Positions 35,016-49,309 of a stretch of 64,000 nucleotides of DNA are shown here, in pieces. The stretch lies in NCBI RefSeq assembly GCF_009914755.1, contig NC_060939.1. The stretch is one strand, 5' to 3'. The notes beneath the pieces were generated by a model that was not told where the DNA came from, made no database searches, and worked only from the letters and a program-made list of their open reading frames with translations. This DNA comes from the human T2T-CHM13v2.0 reference genome, Homo sapiens. A program made the position numbers and the translations under genes. How positions within the stretch are numbered: the stretch's first letter is position 1; every line of letters begins with the position of its first letter.

Positions 35016-36057
35016 TCAAAATTTTTTCATAATTAAAAGTGTCAATTATGCTAAAAGTTCACTTTAAGCATATATTAAAATATATAAGAACTAAAACACA
35101 CACAGAAGAACTAACTTCTACATTCCAGATCCAGAAACCTAATATATAATGGAGATCTAGTCTTAAAAAGATAAATGTGCTACTGTAACTTCAAATGAAG
35201 TTCTCATAAAACTTCTTGTGTAATTCATTATCATGTATCAAACTTCTTCCTGTTGATTCCATGAGAATGATGGGAAATATCAATAGAACTTCAAGACAGA
35301 CATGAGAAGAAGAAATCGCTGATGTTAGGGAGACTTTAAAATATATTTTTTATTTCAGTCTTGACACAAAACAAAAATTTCCCTAAAGGCTAGGTCATCC
35401 CTGCTATTCTATTAATTTGCCATTACCCTTTCTGAACAGTGCATTTTGTTTTGCCTGTCTTTTGAGCAAGGTCTGGGAGTTAGCGTCCCATGTCCTAGCT
35501 CCCATCTGCACAAACCCCTAGAGCCCATCTCAGTTGGCCAATTTTCCTCAACCTTTTGGAAGAGGCTTGAGTCAATGTCTGAGATATTCAGACACCGAGT
35601 GCTCAAAATAAGAATAAGAAAAATACTTGTGGACTCGTATTCCCTTTATAAAATATCTTGTTTTCTATGTGTCGCATTAAAATATTCTAAAACAAGATCA
35701 TGTGAACCCTTCATTAAAGCTCTGAAAATATGCACGAAGAAGGAATGTCTCCTTATACAACACATGCAGTTCACCCTACAAAACAGGATGCATTTCCACA
35801 ATCAAGTCCACAAAGGAAAAAAACACCAGTCACAAGCTCAATCCAGACAAAGTTTATATAAAATTTAATTTTGTTTTATAAGGGAGGTTACCTGAACATA
35901 AAGGATTAAAGGAGCTAGTCAACTGGTGTGTTTATAGCTAGTTATCAAAGAGTCAATACAGATATAACCATTTAAAATTTTTTTGATGAAAATAGCTGGA
36001 AAGAACGAGAGAAAGAGTAAGATCTCTTGATTAAAATTCTTTTCAAACAGAAGTAGC

Positions 36058-36147
36058 TTTGAGTAAAAAAAAATTTTACTCAAATTTAAGTTATATAAGC
36101 TTATATAACTTAAGTTATTAAGTTATATAAGCTTATAGCTTATATAG
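36058..36147. repeat. Cluster of AT-rich inverted repeats and palindromes
   Basis: 11-bp stem tttgagtaaaa/ttttactcaaa, then perfect 28-bp palindrome ttaagttatataagcttatataacttaa (36086-36113) and partial re-copies. Confidence 0.92.
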
Positions 36148-36999
36148 GCAAATAAACCTATGCTTTATACCTGGGGTTTTATTTTTTAACAATCACGTAA
36201 TTATCTTTTAAATCAACTACCCATAGTTAACGTATGAGTTACTTTTTTGGTGAGTGGCCTAATAGATACAAAATATAACACTTCTTTCCATAATTCAAGT
36301 TGTATACAGTCTTTTTAGTTGAAATATGAGGTTTGTTTATTCATTCAGTTGAAGTTTCATATACTCTTAACCAATACAACATTTAAAAAATACAAACTGA
36401 ATGCAGCCATGTTTACATTTATCACAGAGCTCCTTTAAAACATATTTCTAATAAACAGTAGGGAAAACACATTGGGTTATCTGGCCAGAACTGTCTTCAC
36501 TGGAAATGTCCTCTTCTCCTCTCCAGTCTGGTATTGACATAGCTGCCATGTTCCTACAGTGACCCCAAACCTTGCTGGGTTGGACAAGTTGGTTGAGCCA
36601 GGGGTAGGCCCCTGACCCAGCTGGATCACTCAGGCTCTTCTCTAGGATTGCAGAACTGAGCCAACCTCTGAATGACTAACCACAGCATATGCTCTTGGGA
36701 ACCAAAGAAAGCTGCCTCCCACCAAAATCATTTTCACAGACTTGTTTTTGCTTAAGCCAGGTTTTCATTACTTGCAGCCAGCTTTTTTTAAAAACTCTTT
36801 ATTATTATACAAAATTTCAAACATCCAAAGTAGAATGGTATAACAAACTCTCAACAACTAGCTGCAACAATAACCAATCTTGTGTCATCTTGAACTCTAC
36901 TTGCTTCCACTTACCTTTGGATTAAATTACATGAACTTATTTCATTTATGAATATTTCTGTATACAGCCAGTATTCCCTTGTGAAAATGTGTATAATCA

Positions 37000-37128
<129 letters not shown>

Positions 37129-38744
37129 TCACTTGTTCAATGCTCACAAAATAAATTAAGTAGTTGTCTACAAAATTGTTTTAAAAAGATAACATTTAAT
37201 ATTCTCTCCAGTGTTCCTCAGTCCCCTCCACACACATAAATTTCTTAAGACAATGTTAATGTCACCTCCAAGTAGAAATGACAATCACCTTTGTATACAG
37301 GAGCCAAATGAAACAAACTACAGAAGCTAAGATAGTTAAACAGCATTTCCCTAGAACTTAAGCACAAAAAGGATGTGTAAGAGTGTGCTAAAATAACACA
37401 TTAACTCTCCAGAGATAATGCATCCAAATCTTGATGTTCATAATACAGAGAATATGCATACTGAGTAACTATAATTATGGTTTTCTCTTTTTATTTTAGG
37501 TCCCCAAGGTGGAGACTTCAAATATGCGATCAGTCATTAAGATAAAGGAATGTGAGAGAGAACTTGGGAGACTCTTAGCAGTTAACTTTCTTCTTTTCTG
37601 ATGTATTTTCTTGGCACCTCCATAAAGAAGATAGATAGGACATTGTGTTTTTCAACTTAACTTTGTTTCAGTGTAGTTTATTTTTATGTTCTCCTATTAG
37701 CTAATTCGGACACTGTATATTTGCAAGACGCCGTTAACATAAACGTTTTATTAAAAGTGTGTCTCTGTACCCTAATGTGAGGGAATCTGCCAGGTTGCAG
37801 CACAGAAATGGTTTTGCCTCAGAAAATATGGGAAGTCTTGAGGATATTACAGGATCCACCACCTCTCCCAGAAAGCAAACCAAGTTCAGACACCCTCTAT
37901 GAGCTGATACAGACAAAGGAAGCAGGCAGAAGATACATTCACCCTCAACACACATTCACCTAATTCAAAACACAAAACTTCTGCTACAAACACTAATTCA
38001 TCAATTCCAATTCCCTAATTTGGAATTCATAATAATGAATTATGAACTGTGGTTAACATTACACTGTTAGTCTTTGTACAATCTTTGATGAGTTAATCAA
38101 GCAAATTTGTGGTGTAAGCCTGGGGAGAGAGGGGTAAACTACTTAGAAAACAAAAAGATTTAAAACTGTTTCTGAACTTTCAGTTTTTTGTTGCAACCAC
38201 TATTATTAGGGGGTCTTCAATATTCATTAAAAGTAGGCTCAGCAAGTCAGCAATTTGGCAACATTTTATTATCAGTTTAAGTTACATTTACATCATAGTC
38301 CTGAAGTGGTAATATATTTTTCTATCCCATAATTCCTTTATGATAACAGTTTACTCAATTTTATATTAAAACACCTGTAAAGACACAAAAATATGAAAAT
38401 TTACAATATGGAAAACCCTCACAGGTGATCAGCGACTATCTGAGACCAGTGTCATGCAGGTGGGTAAGAAGAATTTGAAATTACTCTTGTGACCCTGTGG
38501 CTCTTTGCCCATCTTCCCAGTGGTATTCATTGCCTCAGAGAGAGGTGTGTACTACATACAACAAAGGTGCCATCAATCGGCTTTGAGTTTAAAAGACAAC
38601 AGTTTTAAAAGTTGGGCATTCAATTGCAAGAGCTTAACCCTTGGAGGAAAAAAAAAACATTTTCTGAATTCCACATCTCCCTTTAGAAAATTCTTCCTTC
38701 TTTTTCAAAAACAATTAACGTAGAAGAAATTATGGAATTAACCA

Positions 38745-39465
38745 TTTAGTAACCATCATAACTGACTCAGGTAAGTATCACCAATGAACGATAAAACTAG
38801 TGGGTGACAGTTTGAGGAATAATAGGATAATAGCCTCAAAGTATCTATCTCCCCACAAGATAATTTATTAATTACCAAAGGAAAAATAGTAACTTTACCA
38901 TGAAGAAACCTGGTAGACACCATTTTCATTTAAAGTGGCCAGAGTTAACATTGTGAGCATCAGGACAATCACCGTCATGCACTTCCTGATCTGATTCATT
39001 GAGAAGGACACTATCACTTCTGTGGGATTCCTGCCAAAAACTCATAACCTGAACCTAACCGAGCAGAAACAAACCAACCCAAACTAGAGGACATGCTACA
39101 AAATAATAGGCCTACTATCTTCAAAAATGCCTGTGTCATAAAACACCAAGACTAAAAGGTATGACAATAATGTAATGCATAGCCTGAGATTTTTCTTTTG
39201 CTATAAAGGATATTAGAGGGACAATTGGCAAAATCTCAATAAAGCCTATAGATAATTGCAAAATAATCATTTCCTGATTTATATGTATAATCGTGCATGT
39301 ATGTGTGTATATGTGTGTCCTTGTGTGGAGAGGGAAAGAGAAAAGAGAATGTGGTAAAATGTTAACATTTGGAGACTCTGGATAGAGAGTATTTGAGAAT
39401 CCTTTGTACTTTTCCTATGACTTTAAATCTGATCAAAATTCAAAGTTAATAAGAAAATTTTAAAA
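38745..39465 (+). mobile_element. L1MC/L1MD-like 3' UTR fragment
   Basis: aaaggaaaaatagtaactttac...cctgccaaaaa...cataacctgaa...tgtggtaaaatgttaacatttgg. Confidence 0.75.
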
Positions 39466-39939
39466 ATTCCTCTCTTCACTACAAACATTCATGTGAGAAG
39501 GAAAAAAAAATCTCCCTTTAGAGATCATGAGCCAAAACATTGATGATTGAGCAAGTTTTTAATATGAGTCCTGAAAGAGGAAGATTGCAGGATGTGATTT
39601 AAATTGCTTCCTGCCACCCATGGAAGAAATTAAAGCCCATCCCAAATAAGGACCTAGAGGACCTGGAAGACCAGCAGAGGGGATGAGTTTAGAGTAGACA
39701 CAAGTGATACAGGTATTAAGCTGCTCCCCGGCACAGCCCCTGGAGGTGAAATCCTGGAGGTGCATAGAGAACCTGAAGAGGCTGGAGAAACCCACAGCAG
39801 AGTGAGCTCTGCCTCACTGTACACCTGGAACTGAGGGGAGACCCCGCACAAAGGAACATGGTGCTCTCCAACCACCCATGACAGCTGCAGACAAGCAAAG
39901 GCAGTGTGGCATGCTTACAGGGAGACAGAGGCTGAAGTA

Positions 39940-39980
<41 letters not shown>

Positions 39981-39988
39981 CCCCTCAG

Positions 39989-40021
<33 letters not shown>
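39940..40021. repeat. Compound microsatellite (GTCT)n(CT)n...(CA)n
   Basis: Directly visible. Confidence 0.95.
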
Positions 40022-40024
<3 letters not shown>

Positions 40025-40465
40025 CCCCACAGCTGGCCAGCCTGTGGCTTGAAGGAGAACAGAAGCTCTCACATGCCCCTGTGAAGAAGACTGGGGTCGT
40101 GATGAGGGGGTGGCATAGAGCCTTCCACCAGAGAGGATGTGGCAGGGACCACATACAACATCAGCATCTGCTGGCAGATGACAAAGGCTAAATGGGACCA
40201 GCTACAAGTCAGCAGATGCCCCAGCTGGCTTCCCATATCCACAGACCAAGCAGGACAAGATACGCCTCTGAGAGAACAGCAAGGACCAGATTCACGCGCC
40301 ACCCCGCCCCCCACCCCGCCATCCCCAGGCCATGATGCTACACAAGCGTCCTCCCGAACCCAGACACCATCCTGAGAAAAGGCAGGAAGAAACAGAAAGG
40401 GAAAAAGAGCCTCATTTCTGAATACTGAATTATGCCATACAATTTTTAGATGCCCTACACGAGTA

Positions 40466-41365
40466 TAGTAAATCCTCTCTTAATGTCATCTATAGATTCT
40501 TGGAAACTGCGACTTTAAGCAAAATGACATATAAGGAAACCAATTTTACCATAGTCTAATTAATATAAATAAGAATTAAGTTTCTGTGGCACATTTCCGG
40601 AAACAAAAACATTATTAAACTTCTAAATAAAGACCAAAACACTTGTAATATTAAAACTCACATAAATGTGGGCTATAAGTACATTTCAGAAAAATTAATA
40701 AAAATAAGCAAGGTAATTATTTATCAGCTTATTCTAATTCAGAGTCTCAAGTGGCCAGAGTCTATCTGTGCAGCTCAGAGTCCCAGGTGGGAACACACCC
40801 TGGACAGGATGCCATGGCAGGGTGCCCTCAGACACACCCACACTCACTCACAGTGGAACCACGTAGATAACCTAACATGCATATCTTTGAGATGGAGAGG
40901 AAACTGGAGTGTCTGGAGAAAACACATGCAGACAGGGGGAAGACAAACTCCATACAGACAGTGGCCCTAGCTGGGAATCCATTTTTTTTTCATCAATGTT
41001 ATAATAAAATGACAGAGCCTGGCGTGGCTCACACCTGTAATCCTGGCACTTGGGAGGCCAAGAGGAATCTCTTGAGCTCAGGAGTTTAAGGCCAGACTGG
41101 GCAAGATGGCAAGACCCCATCTCTACAGAAATTTAAACATTAGCCGGGCATGGTGGCATGTACCTGTAATCTCAGTTACTCAGGAGGCTGAGGTGGGAGG
41201 ATCCCTTGAGCCCAGGAATTCGAGGTGGCAGCGAGCAGTGATCATGCCACTGCACTACAGCCTGGGCAACAAAATGAGATCACATCTCTAAAAAATAAAA
41301 ATTTAAAAAATTAAAAATAAAAAAACACGATGTTGAATGAAACAATTTCATTCAACGACCTAATG
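40466..41365. mobile_element. MER6A-like Tigger DNA transposon split by an Alu
   Basis: agtaaatcctc...ttcttggaaactgcgactttaagc; internal ccctggacaggatgcc...ggaaactggagt...ggagaaaac...caaactcca domain. Confidence 0.85.
41015..41326 (+). mobile_element. Alu (AluJ-like) nested in MER6A
   Basis: Full dimer with A-rich tail. Confidence 0.92.
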
Positions 41366-42209
41366 TTCTCTATTTCCAGAATCTGGAAAAAATTGCCACC
41401 AACACAAATGATAGAAAGGGAAAGAGAAAAGCAATCAGTGGTCATGTAAGCTTTGCCTACTGAAACAGCGCAGGGGCAGACTTAGATCTAGATGGAAAGC
41501 ACCCCCTTGACTCAGAGATAAAAGGAAAAAAACAACCAGAAACCAGAGTCCCCATCTCCTTGAGCAACAACACTGTTTCTTGAGGCAGTTCAAATGCTGT
41601 TACTCAACCGCTGTCATACTTCTTTCTACATCTCTTCAGAGGCTGCAACTCTTAGAAAACAACTGGACAGAAAGGAAGCAGAAATCAGCAATGAAGATCA
41701 CAATTTTAAAAGCATGCAGATGGACAATGAGCAGACTCAAGGCAGATGTACCTTTTTGCTCTGTTGGTAAATGGCAGGTGTGGATGGATTTTACCTCATT
41801 GGAGGATAAGAAGACACAGAAGGAAAAAAAATGAAAAACAAATGAAACAGCATCCTGGTAATCAATGGGACAGCAGACATTTTGAAAATAACTATAAAAA
41901 AATCATAAAATTTCTAAAAACTTGTTGGCATCCTCAATATATCAAAATATATGACATTTGTGAAACTAGAGGAGTAAGTCACAGGAAAGAACTGATGAAT
42001 ATAAAAAGACAAGAGGATGGGATTATAAAAATAAAGGGGGAAGAAGGGGGAACTGAGTGAAATAAGGAGAGATGATAAGAAAACCAACGTGAGAGTGTAT
42101 CTTTTAACAGGCTAGTTCAAAAGAGTACACTCATTGCCTCACCTAACATGTACATCACTAGACACATTAGTGATTTTCCTGTTAGACCCTAATGGTTTTC
42201 CTGTTTGGG

Positions 42210-42345
42210 CTTCCCTCCTTCCCTCCTTCCCTCCTTCCCTCCTTCCCTCCTTCCATTCTTCCTTTCTTCCTTCCTCTTTCCTCCCTCTCTCCCTTTCTTC
42301 CTTTCTTTTAATGCTCATTTTCTTGTCTTCTTTTCCTTTCTCCTT
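42210..42345. repeat. (CCTT)n/(CTTT)n polypyrimidine repeat
   Basis: Directly visible. Confidence 0.92.
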
Positions 42346-43624
42346 TATAAACCATAATCCTAACTATACAACAATTTGGAAAGTTTGCACTTTAATTTGA
42401 AGTCTAAGTTATATAAACATATTTTTTCTATATTAAGAAAGTCAAGAACAAAAAATGGTTTTCTGCCTCTCCTCTAAAGTAATACAAGGAATTTAGAATT
42501 GTTTTACTTACCCTCACTTTTCTCCCACTTTTCAGCCTCTGTTAATATAATCTGGACTTTTAGGCCTACCTATGGTTATTCTTATCTTCTAGCATAGAGT
42601 AATTCTTGGATTTATAAACATACATTTCTTTCTGTTCACCTCTGTGTTTGGCTGGTTATAATGCTCACAGATCATTCCTTTATATAGCAACTTCTCTAAT
42701 CCTGGATTGTACATTGTGACTCATCTGCTGGTTGCCTAGAGTATGGTTTCAAGTACATTTATTCCAAAAACAATATGAGCAGTGAATTATCCACTCTACC
42801 ATATCTAAGAATGTCTTTCTGTTGTCTTCACAAAACAATAACAGAAGCAATATGTAATCCCTAGTTACTATATTTTTCCTTTATTGCAAGAAAGATATCT
42901 GAACTCAGCTTCCATTTTTATAGGTAAAATAAGATTATTCTAATTTGGGCCTGGATGCTTGTAAGATTTCTTAGGGCCTTCCCATGGTTCAGAATCTTAC
43001 CTGTGTATATATGGGTATTGGCCTTTTATCATTAATAGTGCATATATAATATTTTTTAAATCAGAAAAATTTCCTGTGATCATTGTTTCTATAATAGTTA
43101 TACTAGTTTACTTTCTCAGAAATTTCTATAATTTTTAACTGGAATTCCTATTCCCTATCTCCACACTTATCATTTACTTCATCATTTCCTCATCTATTTA
43201 TCCCTTCATGTTGTGGAGCATCCTTCACTGCCTTGATTCTCCTGCAGTCTTAATTATGCTCATTACTCCAATAAGTGCATTTTTCCTATTTTTCCTTGTA
43301 ATCCTTTCTCATCTTAATCAGCTTCTTTTTTAAATCATCCTCTTGTCATTTCATGTTAATATACTCTTTCTTCCAGTTCTTCTTTTTTGGTTTCACAAAT
43401 AATACGCATTTTCTACTATATTGAAGGATTCCAATCAGTTTTCAGAAACTAATAAAAGCACAATTATACTGAAAGACCTTAACAGAACTCTCTAAGATGA
43501 ATGCAAATCAAATAGACAAGTAATAAGGACATTTTGCACATTTCAAAGTTTGTTCTCCACAGAGAGAAACAGTCCTTCTTTTCAAGTGTCCACGGAGTAC
43601 TTATAAAAGTTAATCATATATTAG

Positions 43625-43832
43625 GTGAATTTTCCCTGGGGGTATTAATCATATTACAGGCAAAACAATTCTCCGTGTGGAGCTTCCTTATGCAATTCCT
43701 GACCTTTAGCAAACTTGGCCCCTGGCATAGTGGCATAAATTCCAGTAGTTCCCTCATTCTCCCCTGCAGCACATCCTTATGACAACCAAAAATGCACACA
43801 TCCAAATGTCTCCTACAATTGAGAACCTCTCT
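43625..43832. mobile_element. MER20-like hAT fragment
   Basis: tgacaaccaaaaatg...caaatgtc...ttgagaacc terminal motifs. Confidence 0.5.
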
Positions 43833-43874
43833 AATAAGCTATAAAGAAAATTTCAACCAATTCAAAATATCAAA

Positions 43875-46626
43875 AACAGTTCTAAGAGGGAAGTTTACAG
43901 CAATAAATGCCTACATTATAAAAGAAGAAAGATCTCAAATAAGTAGCCTGACATTATGCTTCAAGGAACTGCAAAAATAACAAACTAAACCTAGTTAGCA
44001 GAAGGAAGAAAATAATAAAGATCAGAACAGAAATAAATCAAATAGAGGATAGAAAAGCCACAGGGAAGGAGAAATCAATAAAGCTAAGAGTTGTTTTTCT
44101 GAAAAATCAAAATCAACAAAAGTTAGACTAAGAAAAAAACAGAAGACTCAAATATCTAGAATCAGAAATGAAAACAAAGAAATTACAACAGACACCTAAG
44201 AAATAAAAAGTATCAAAAGGGACTATTATGAATAATTATGTGTCAAAAAATTTGATAACCTAGAGGAAATGGATAAATTCCTAGAAAAATATAAACTACC
44301 ACTATTAAATCAGGAAGAAACAGAAAGCCTGAACAGATCTACAATAAACACAGAGATTGAAGTAGTAATTAAAAACTTCCCCGCAAAGAAAACCCCACGA
44401 CCAGATGGTTTCATGGCTGAATTCCACCAAACTCTCCAAGAAGAATTAATACCAATACTTCTTAAACTCTTCCAAAAAAAAAAAAACCAGGCTAGAGGGG
44501 ATACTTTCTAACATATTTTATGAAGCCAGTATCACCTTGATACCTGAGCCACACAAAGACCCAACACAAAAAAGAAAATTACACACCAGGAATCTCTGAT
44601 GAACATTGATGTAAAAATCCTTAATAAAATATTACACCAAACCAAATTCAACAATATATCAAAAAGACTACACATCATGATCAAGTGGGATTTATCCCTG
44701 GCAGGTAAGGGTGGTTTAACTTATGTAAATCAATCAGTGTGATATATAAATAACATTAACAGATTGAAAGACAAAAACCACATGATCATTTCAATTGATG
44801 CAGAAAAAGCATTTGACAAAGTTCAACATCCTTTCTTGATAAAAACTCTCAAGAGTTTAGGTATAGAAGAAAATTTCCTGAAGGCCATTTATAAAAAGTT
44901 CACAGTTAACATCATAACCAAGGGGGAAAAACGGAAAGCTTTTCCTCTGAGATCTAGTACAAGGTAGGGATGCCCACTCTCATCACTTCTATTCAACACA
45001 GTACTGGAAGGACCAGCAAGAGCAATCTGACAAGGAAAAGAAATAATAGGCATCCAAATCAGAAAGGAAGAAGTAAAATTATCTCTACTTGCAGATGACA
45101 TGATTTTGTATGTAGAAAACCTCACAGATTCCACCAGAAAAAAACTATTAGAAGTAATAAATAAATTCAGAAAAGTTGTAGAGTACAAAATCAACATATG
45201 AAAATCTGTGGCATTTCTATACACAAACAACCTAGCCTAAAAAAATCAAGAAAACAATCTCATTTATGATAGCATCAAAAAAATCAAATAAAGTACTCAG
45301 GAATAAATTAAACCAAGGAGGTAAAAGACCTGGACACTAAAAACTATAAAACATTGGTGAAAGAGATTCAAGAGGACACAAATAAATGGAAAGATACTCC
45401 GTGCTCATGGATCAAAGGATTCAATATTGTGATAATGTCCACACTACCCAAAGCAACCACTATCAAAATCCCAATAATATTTTTCACAGCAATAGAAGTC
45501 CTAAACTTCATATGGAACCACAAAAGACCCCAAATGGCCAAAGCAATTCTGAAAAAGAAAAACTAAAGTTGAAGGCATCACACAGAAAGGTGATCAAATT
45601 AGTATTACTAATGTAATCAAAACAGTATAATACTGGCATAAAAACAGACACACAGACCAGCAGAACAAAATACAAATCCCAAAAATAAATCCAAACATAT
45701 ACAGTCAACTAAGTTTTAACAAGGGCCCAAGAAGACACAATGGGGAAAAGGTAGTCTCTTCAATAAATGGTGCTGGGAAAACTGGAATTCCACATCCAAA
45801 GGAATGAAATTACACTCTTATCTTACCTCATACACAAAAATCAACTCAAAGTGAATAAAAGACCAAAACATAAAATCTGAAACTACAAAACTCCTAGAAG
45901 AAATCATAGAGGGAAAGTGCCTTAATATCACCCTGGGCAATTATTTCTTGGGTATCACACCAAAAGTTCAGAATACAAAAGCAAAAATAAATAAATGAGA
46001 CTACAACAAACTAAGAAGGTTCTGCCTAGCAAAGGAAACAATCAATAAAAGAAAAAAACCTACAGATTGGGAAAAACATTTGCAAATCATATATCTGATA
46101 AGGTGTTAATATTCAAAATTTATAAAGAACTCATACAACTCAATAGCAAGAAAACATAGCCTGATTAAAAATGGGCAAAGTAAATAGATATTTTTTCAAA
46201 GAAAACATAAAAATGACCAACAATATGAAAAGGTGCTCAACATCACTAATCATCAGGGAAATGTAAATCAACCCTACTGTGAGATAACAACTTGTTAGGA
46301 AAGCTATTATCAAAAAGACAGGAGATAACAACTATTGGTGAGGGTGTGGAGAAAAGGGAACCCTTGTATACTGTTTGAGGGAATACAGATTGGTGGAGCC
46401 ATTATGGAAACCAATATGAAGGTTTCTAAAGAAATTAAAAATAGGAAGAATTACCATATGACTCAGCAATTCCTCTTCTGGGTATAAACGCAAAGAAAAT
46501 GAAATCACCACCTCATAAAGACATCTGCACTCCCATGTTTATTGCTCCATTATTCATAATAGCCAAGATATGGAAACAAACCAAGTGTCCATTGGCAGAT
46601 GAATGGATAAAGCAACTGTAATACAT

Positions 46627-46665
<39 letters not shown>

Positions 46666-47186
46666 AATATTACTCAGCCTTAAAAAAGGAGAACCTGCCT
46701 TTTGCCACAACATGGGTAGACTTGGAGGACATAATACTATGTGAAATAAGCCAGACACAGAAAGAAAAATACCGCATGATCATGATCTCACTTATATGTG
46801 GAATCCAAAAAAAAAAGTCAAATTTACAGAGAAAGGGAATAAAACAATGATTACCTGGGGAGAGAACACTGGGAGGAAATGGGAAAATGTAGGTCAAAGG
46901 ATAAAAAATAGCAGATATGTAGGACTAACAAGTTTAAAGATCTAATGTACAACTCAAGGACTATAATTGATAATAGTGTATTACATTCAGGATTTTTGCT
47001 AAATGAGATTATAGCTGCTCTTCCCATGATGGGGGTTTGGGGAGAGGAAATGGGTAACTATGTGAGGTGACTGATATGTTAATTTGTTTCACTATAGTAA
47101 CCATTTTACCATATATATTTATAGATATATGTATCTCATATCATGTTGTAATACCTTAAATATACACAATAAAATTTATTTTTAAG
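43875..47186 (+). mobile_element. 5'-truncated L1MA-like element (about 3.3 kb), decayed ORF2 and 3' UTR
   Basis: ORF2 remnants ([53 protein letters not shown]); AATAAA at the end; TSD aatatcaaaa (43865-43874 / 47187-47196); internal (CA)n at 46629-46662. Confidence 0.95.
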
Positions 47187-47304
47187 AATATCAAAACCAT
47201 GACCACAATATTATGAGACTCAATATTCATTTTTAAAATATAGGACTTGTACAAAATTCTGGAGAAGAAAAGAAAGTCATCATCATTTTCTAAATAACGA
47301 TTAG

Positions 47305-47550
47305 TATATTTAGTTTAATGAGGTTCCCATTGTCAATTTTTGTTTTTGTTGCTATTGTTTTTGAGAATTTAGTCATAAAATCTTTGCCTAGGCCAATAAC
47401 CAGAAGAGTATTTCCTAGGTTTTCTTCTAGAATTTTTATATATTTAAATCCTTAGTCCATCTTGAGTTGATTTCTGTACATGGTAAGTTAGAGATCCAGT
47501 TTTATCTCTCTTCCTATGGTTAGCAAGTTTTCCCAGCACCACTCCTTAAG
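47305..47550 (-). mobile_element. Antisense L1 ORF2 fragment
   Basis: gtcataaaatctttgcctaggcca...ttcctaggttttcttctag...ttttcccagcacca. Confidence 0.85.
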
Positions 47551-47564
47551 CAGGGGCTGCAAAT

Positions 47565-48150
47565 AGCAATCTCTTTCCAAAGAGTAGAGTGTGGCAAAGG
47601 ATGGGGAAATATGGTAACTTACAGTGGAAAAATCTTACAAATATTTCCTCAGCCAGGTGAACAGAGTTAACATTAATAGCAATGTTATGTTAATAATATG
47701 ATGTAATGTAATGAAAATGACCCTGTAACTCCATGGTTTTCCTCCCAAAAACACATACTCTCAGTCTAATCATGAGAAAAGCATGAGATAAATTCCAACT
47801 CTTGGACATTCTACAAAATACCTGACCAGTACTCCTCAAAACTGTCAAGGTCATTAAAAATAAAAAAAGTCTGAGAAAGTGTCATAGCCAAGAGTAGACT
47901 GAGGAGGCATGAGGGTTAAATGGAATGTGGCATCCTGGATGGGATTCTGGAACAAAAAACGGACATTAAGTAAAAGTTAAGGAAACCTGAATATATCAAT
48001 ATTGGTTCACTAGTTGAAACAAATGAACCATACAAATGCAAGATATTCATAATAAGGGAAACTGGGGGTGGGTATAGGGGAAATCTCTGTACCATATTCA
48101 TAATTTTTCTATGAATGTAAAACTGTGCCCAAATAAAAAGTTTAGAAAAA
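47565..48150 (+). mobile_element. L1MC/L1MD-like 3' UTR fragment
   Basis: ggacattctacaaaatacctgaccagtactcctcaaaactgtcaaggtc...aataaaaagtt. Confidence 0.8.
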
Positions 48151-49235
48151 ACTTCCAGGTTAAAAAGATTGAGAAAACATTAACAAAATTAGAGATAAAG
48201 AGGATGTACAAACAATATGAAAAAGAATTATTATTTAAAAGACTATCTGAGATTGCATGTTAGTAAATTTTTAAATCTTCATGAAGTGGATACTTTAAAA
48301 TCTTAGTGACATGGATGCATTGCCAAAATTGACTCCAGAATAGCTAGTAACCTGAAATAGAATAGCAAATATGAAGGCAGCTGAGAAAAGAGTCAGAGAA
48401 GTGCCTCCAAGAAATTATTTGAACCAGATGGTTTTTCCAGTGAAATCTTTCAAATTTGAAGGGAACAGATAATCCCTGTGTTATATAAACTGTTTCAAAT
48501 CATAGAAATAAGTGAGCAGCCATCCCCATTCATTTTATGAAGTTCACACAGCCTGACAAAGCAAACACACATACATCGACTCTCCACCCTCAACTTCACC
48601 CCCTATACCATAACAAACATTTCACACACCTGTGTGTGCACACACAAACACAACTAACCTTGCTTATAAATATAGATGCAAAAAATCTGAATAAATTCAT
48701 TCATTTAAATCTGGTACTAAATTAAAAGAATAATCTTCCATAACCAAGAAGGGTTGGCCCAGGAATAAAAGACTCATTTGGTATTTAAATCCATTAATTT
48801 TAAAACATTAAATATGTTGGACATGAAATAAAAATTTATGATAATTTAAATATATATTGAAATGCATTCAATAAATTTCAACACTAAGTTCTTACAGCTC
48901 TCAGCATAGGAATAATTGTTAAAAAGGACACAAAAATTAACATTATTTCCTGGTTATGTGTTCATAAACTAAAAAAAAGGTAAACAAGTAAAAATAATTA
49001 AAATTAATAAGATAATTTAGTTAAATGTACAAATAGAAAACAAATTATAAATGTCTAAAAAGTCACTAACTTTCGTCTATGTCATTAATAACCCTTTATA
49101 AATATGATGGGCTAAACACCAATCAGGGTAATAACAATAAAAAGATATATAAGACCTAACAGATGTATGAAACCTGAAGAAATTCTTTGACATATAAATG
49201 ATAATATAAGAGACACAAACCATGTTCCTGTTGAT
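48150..49235 (+). mobile_element. Ancient L1M ORF2 remnant
   Basis: ccagatggttt...ttcattttatgaag...atagatgcaaaaa (NIDAK). Confidence 0.65.
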
Positions 49236-49309
49236 GCAGTAACGTCTAGTAATCACAGGATTACTAATAATAACTCAATTTGTTGAGCACTTACTAAGTG
49301 CTCTAGAAG

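Noticed and set aside
43875-47186. RT-like peptides ([30 protein letters not shown]) here and at 22935-25250
   Set aside because: Decayed, 5'-truncated L1 ORF2 with many stops and frameshifts; not a functional or novel reverse-transcriptase system.
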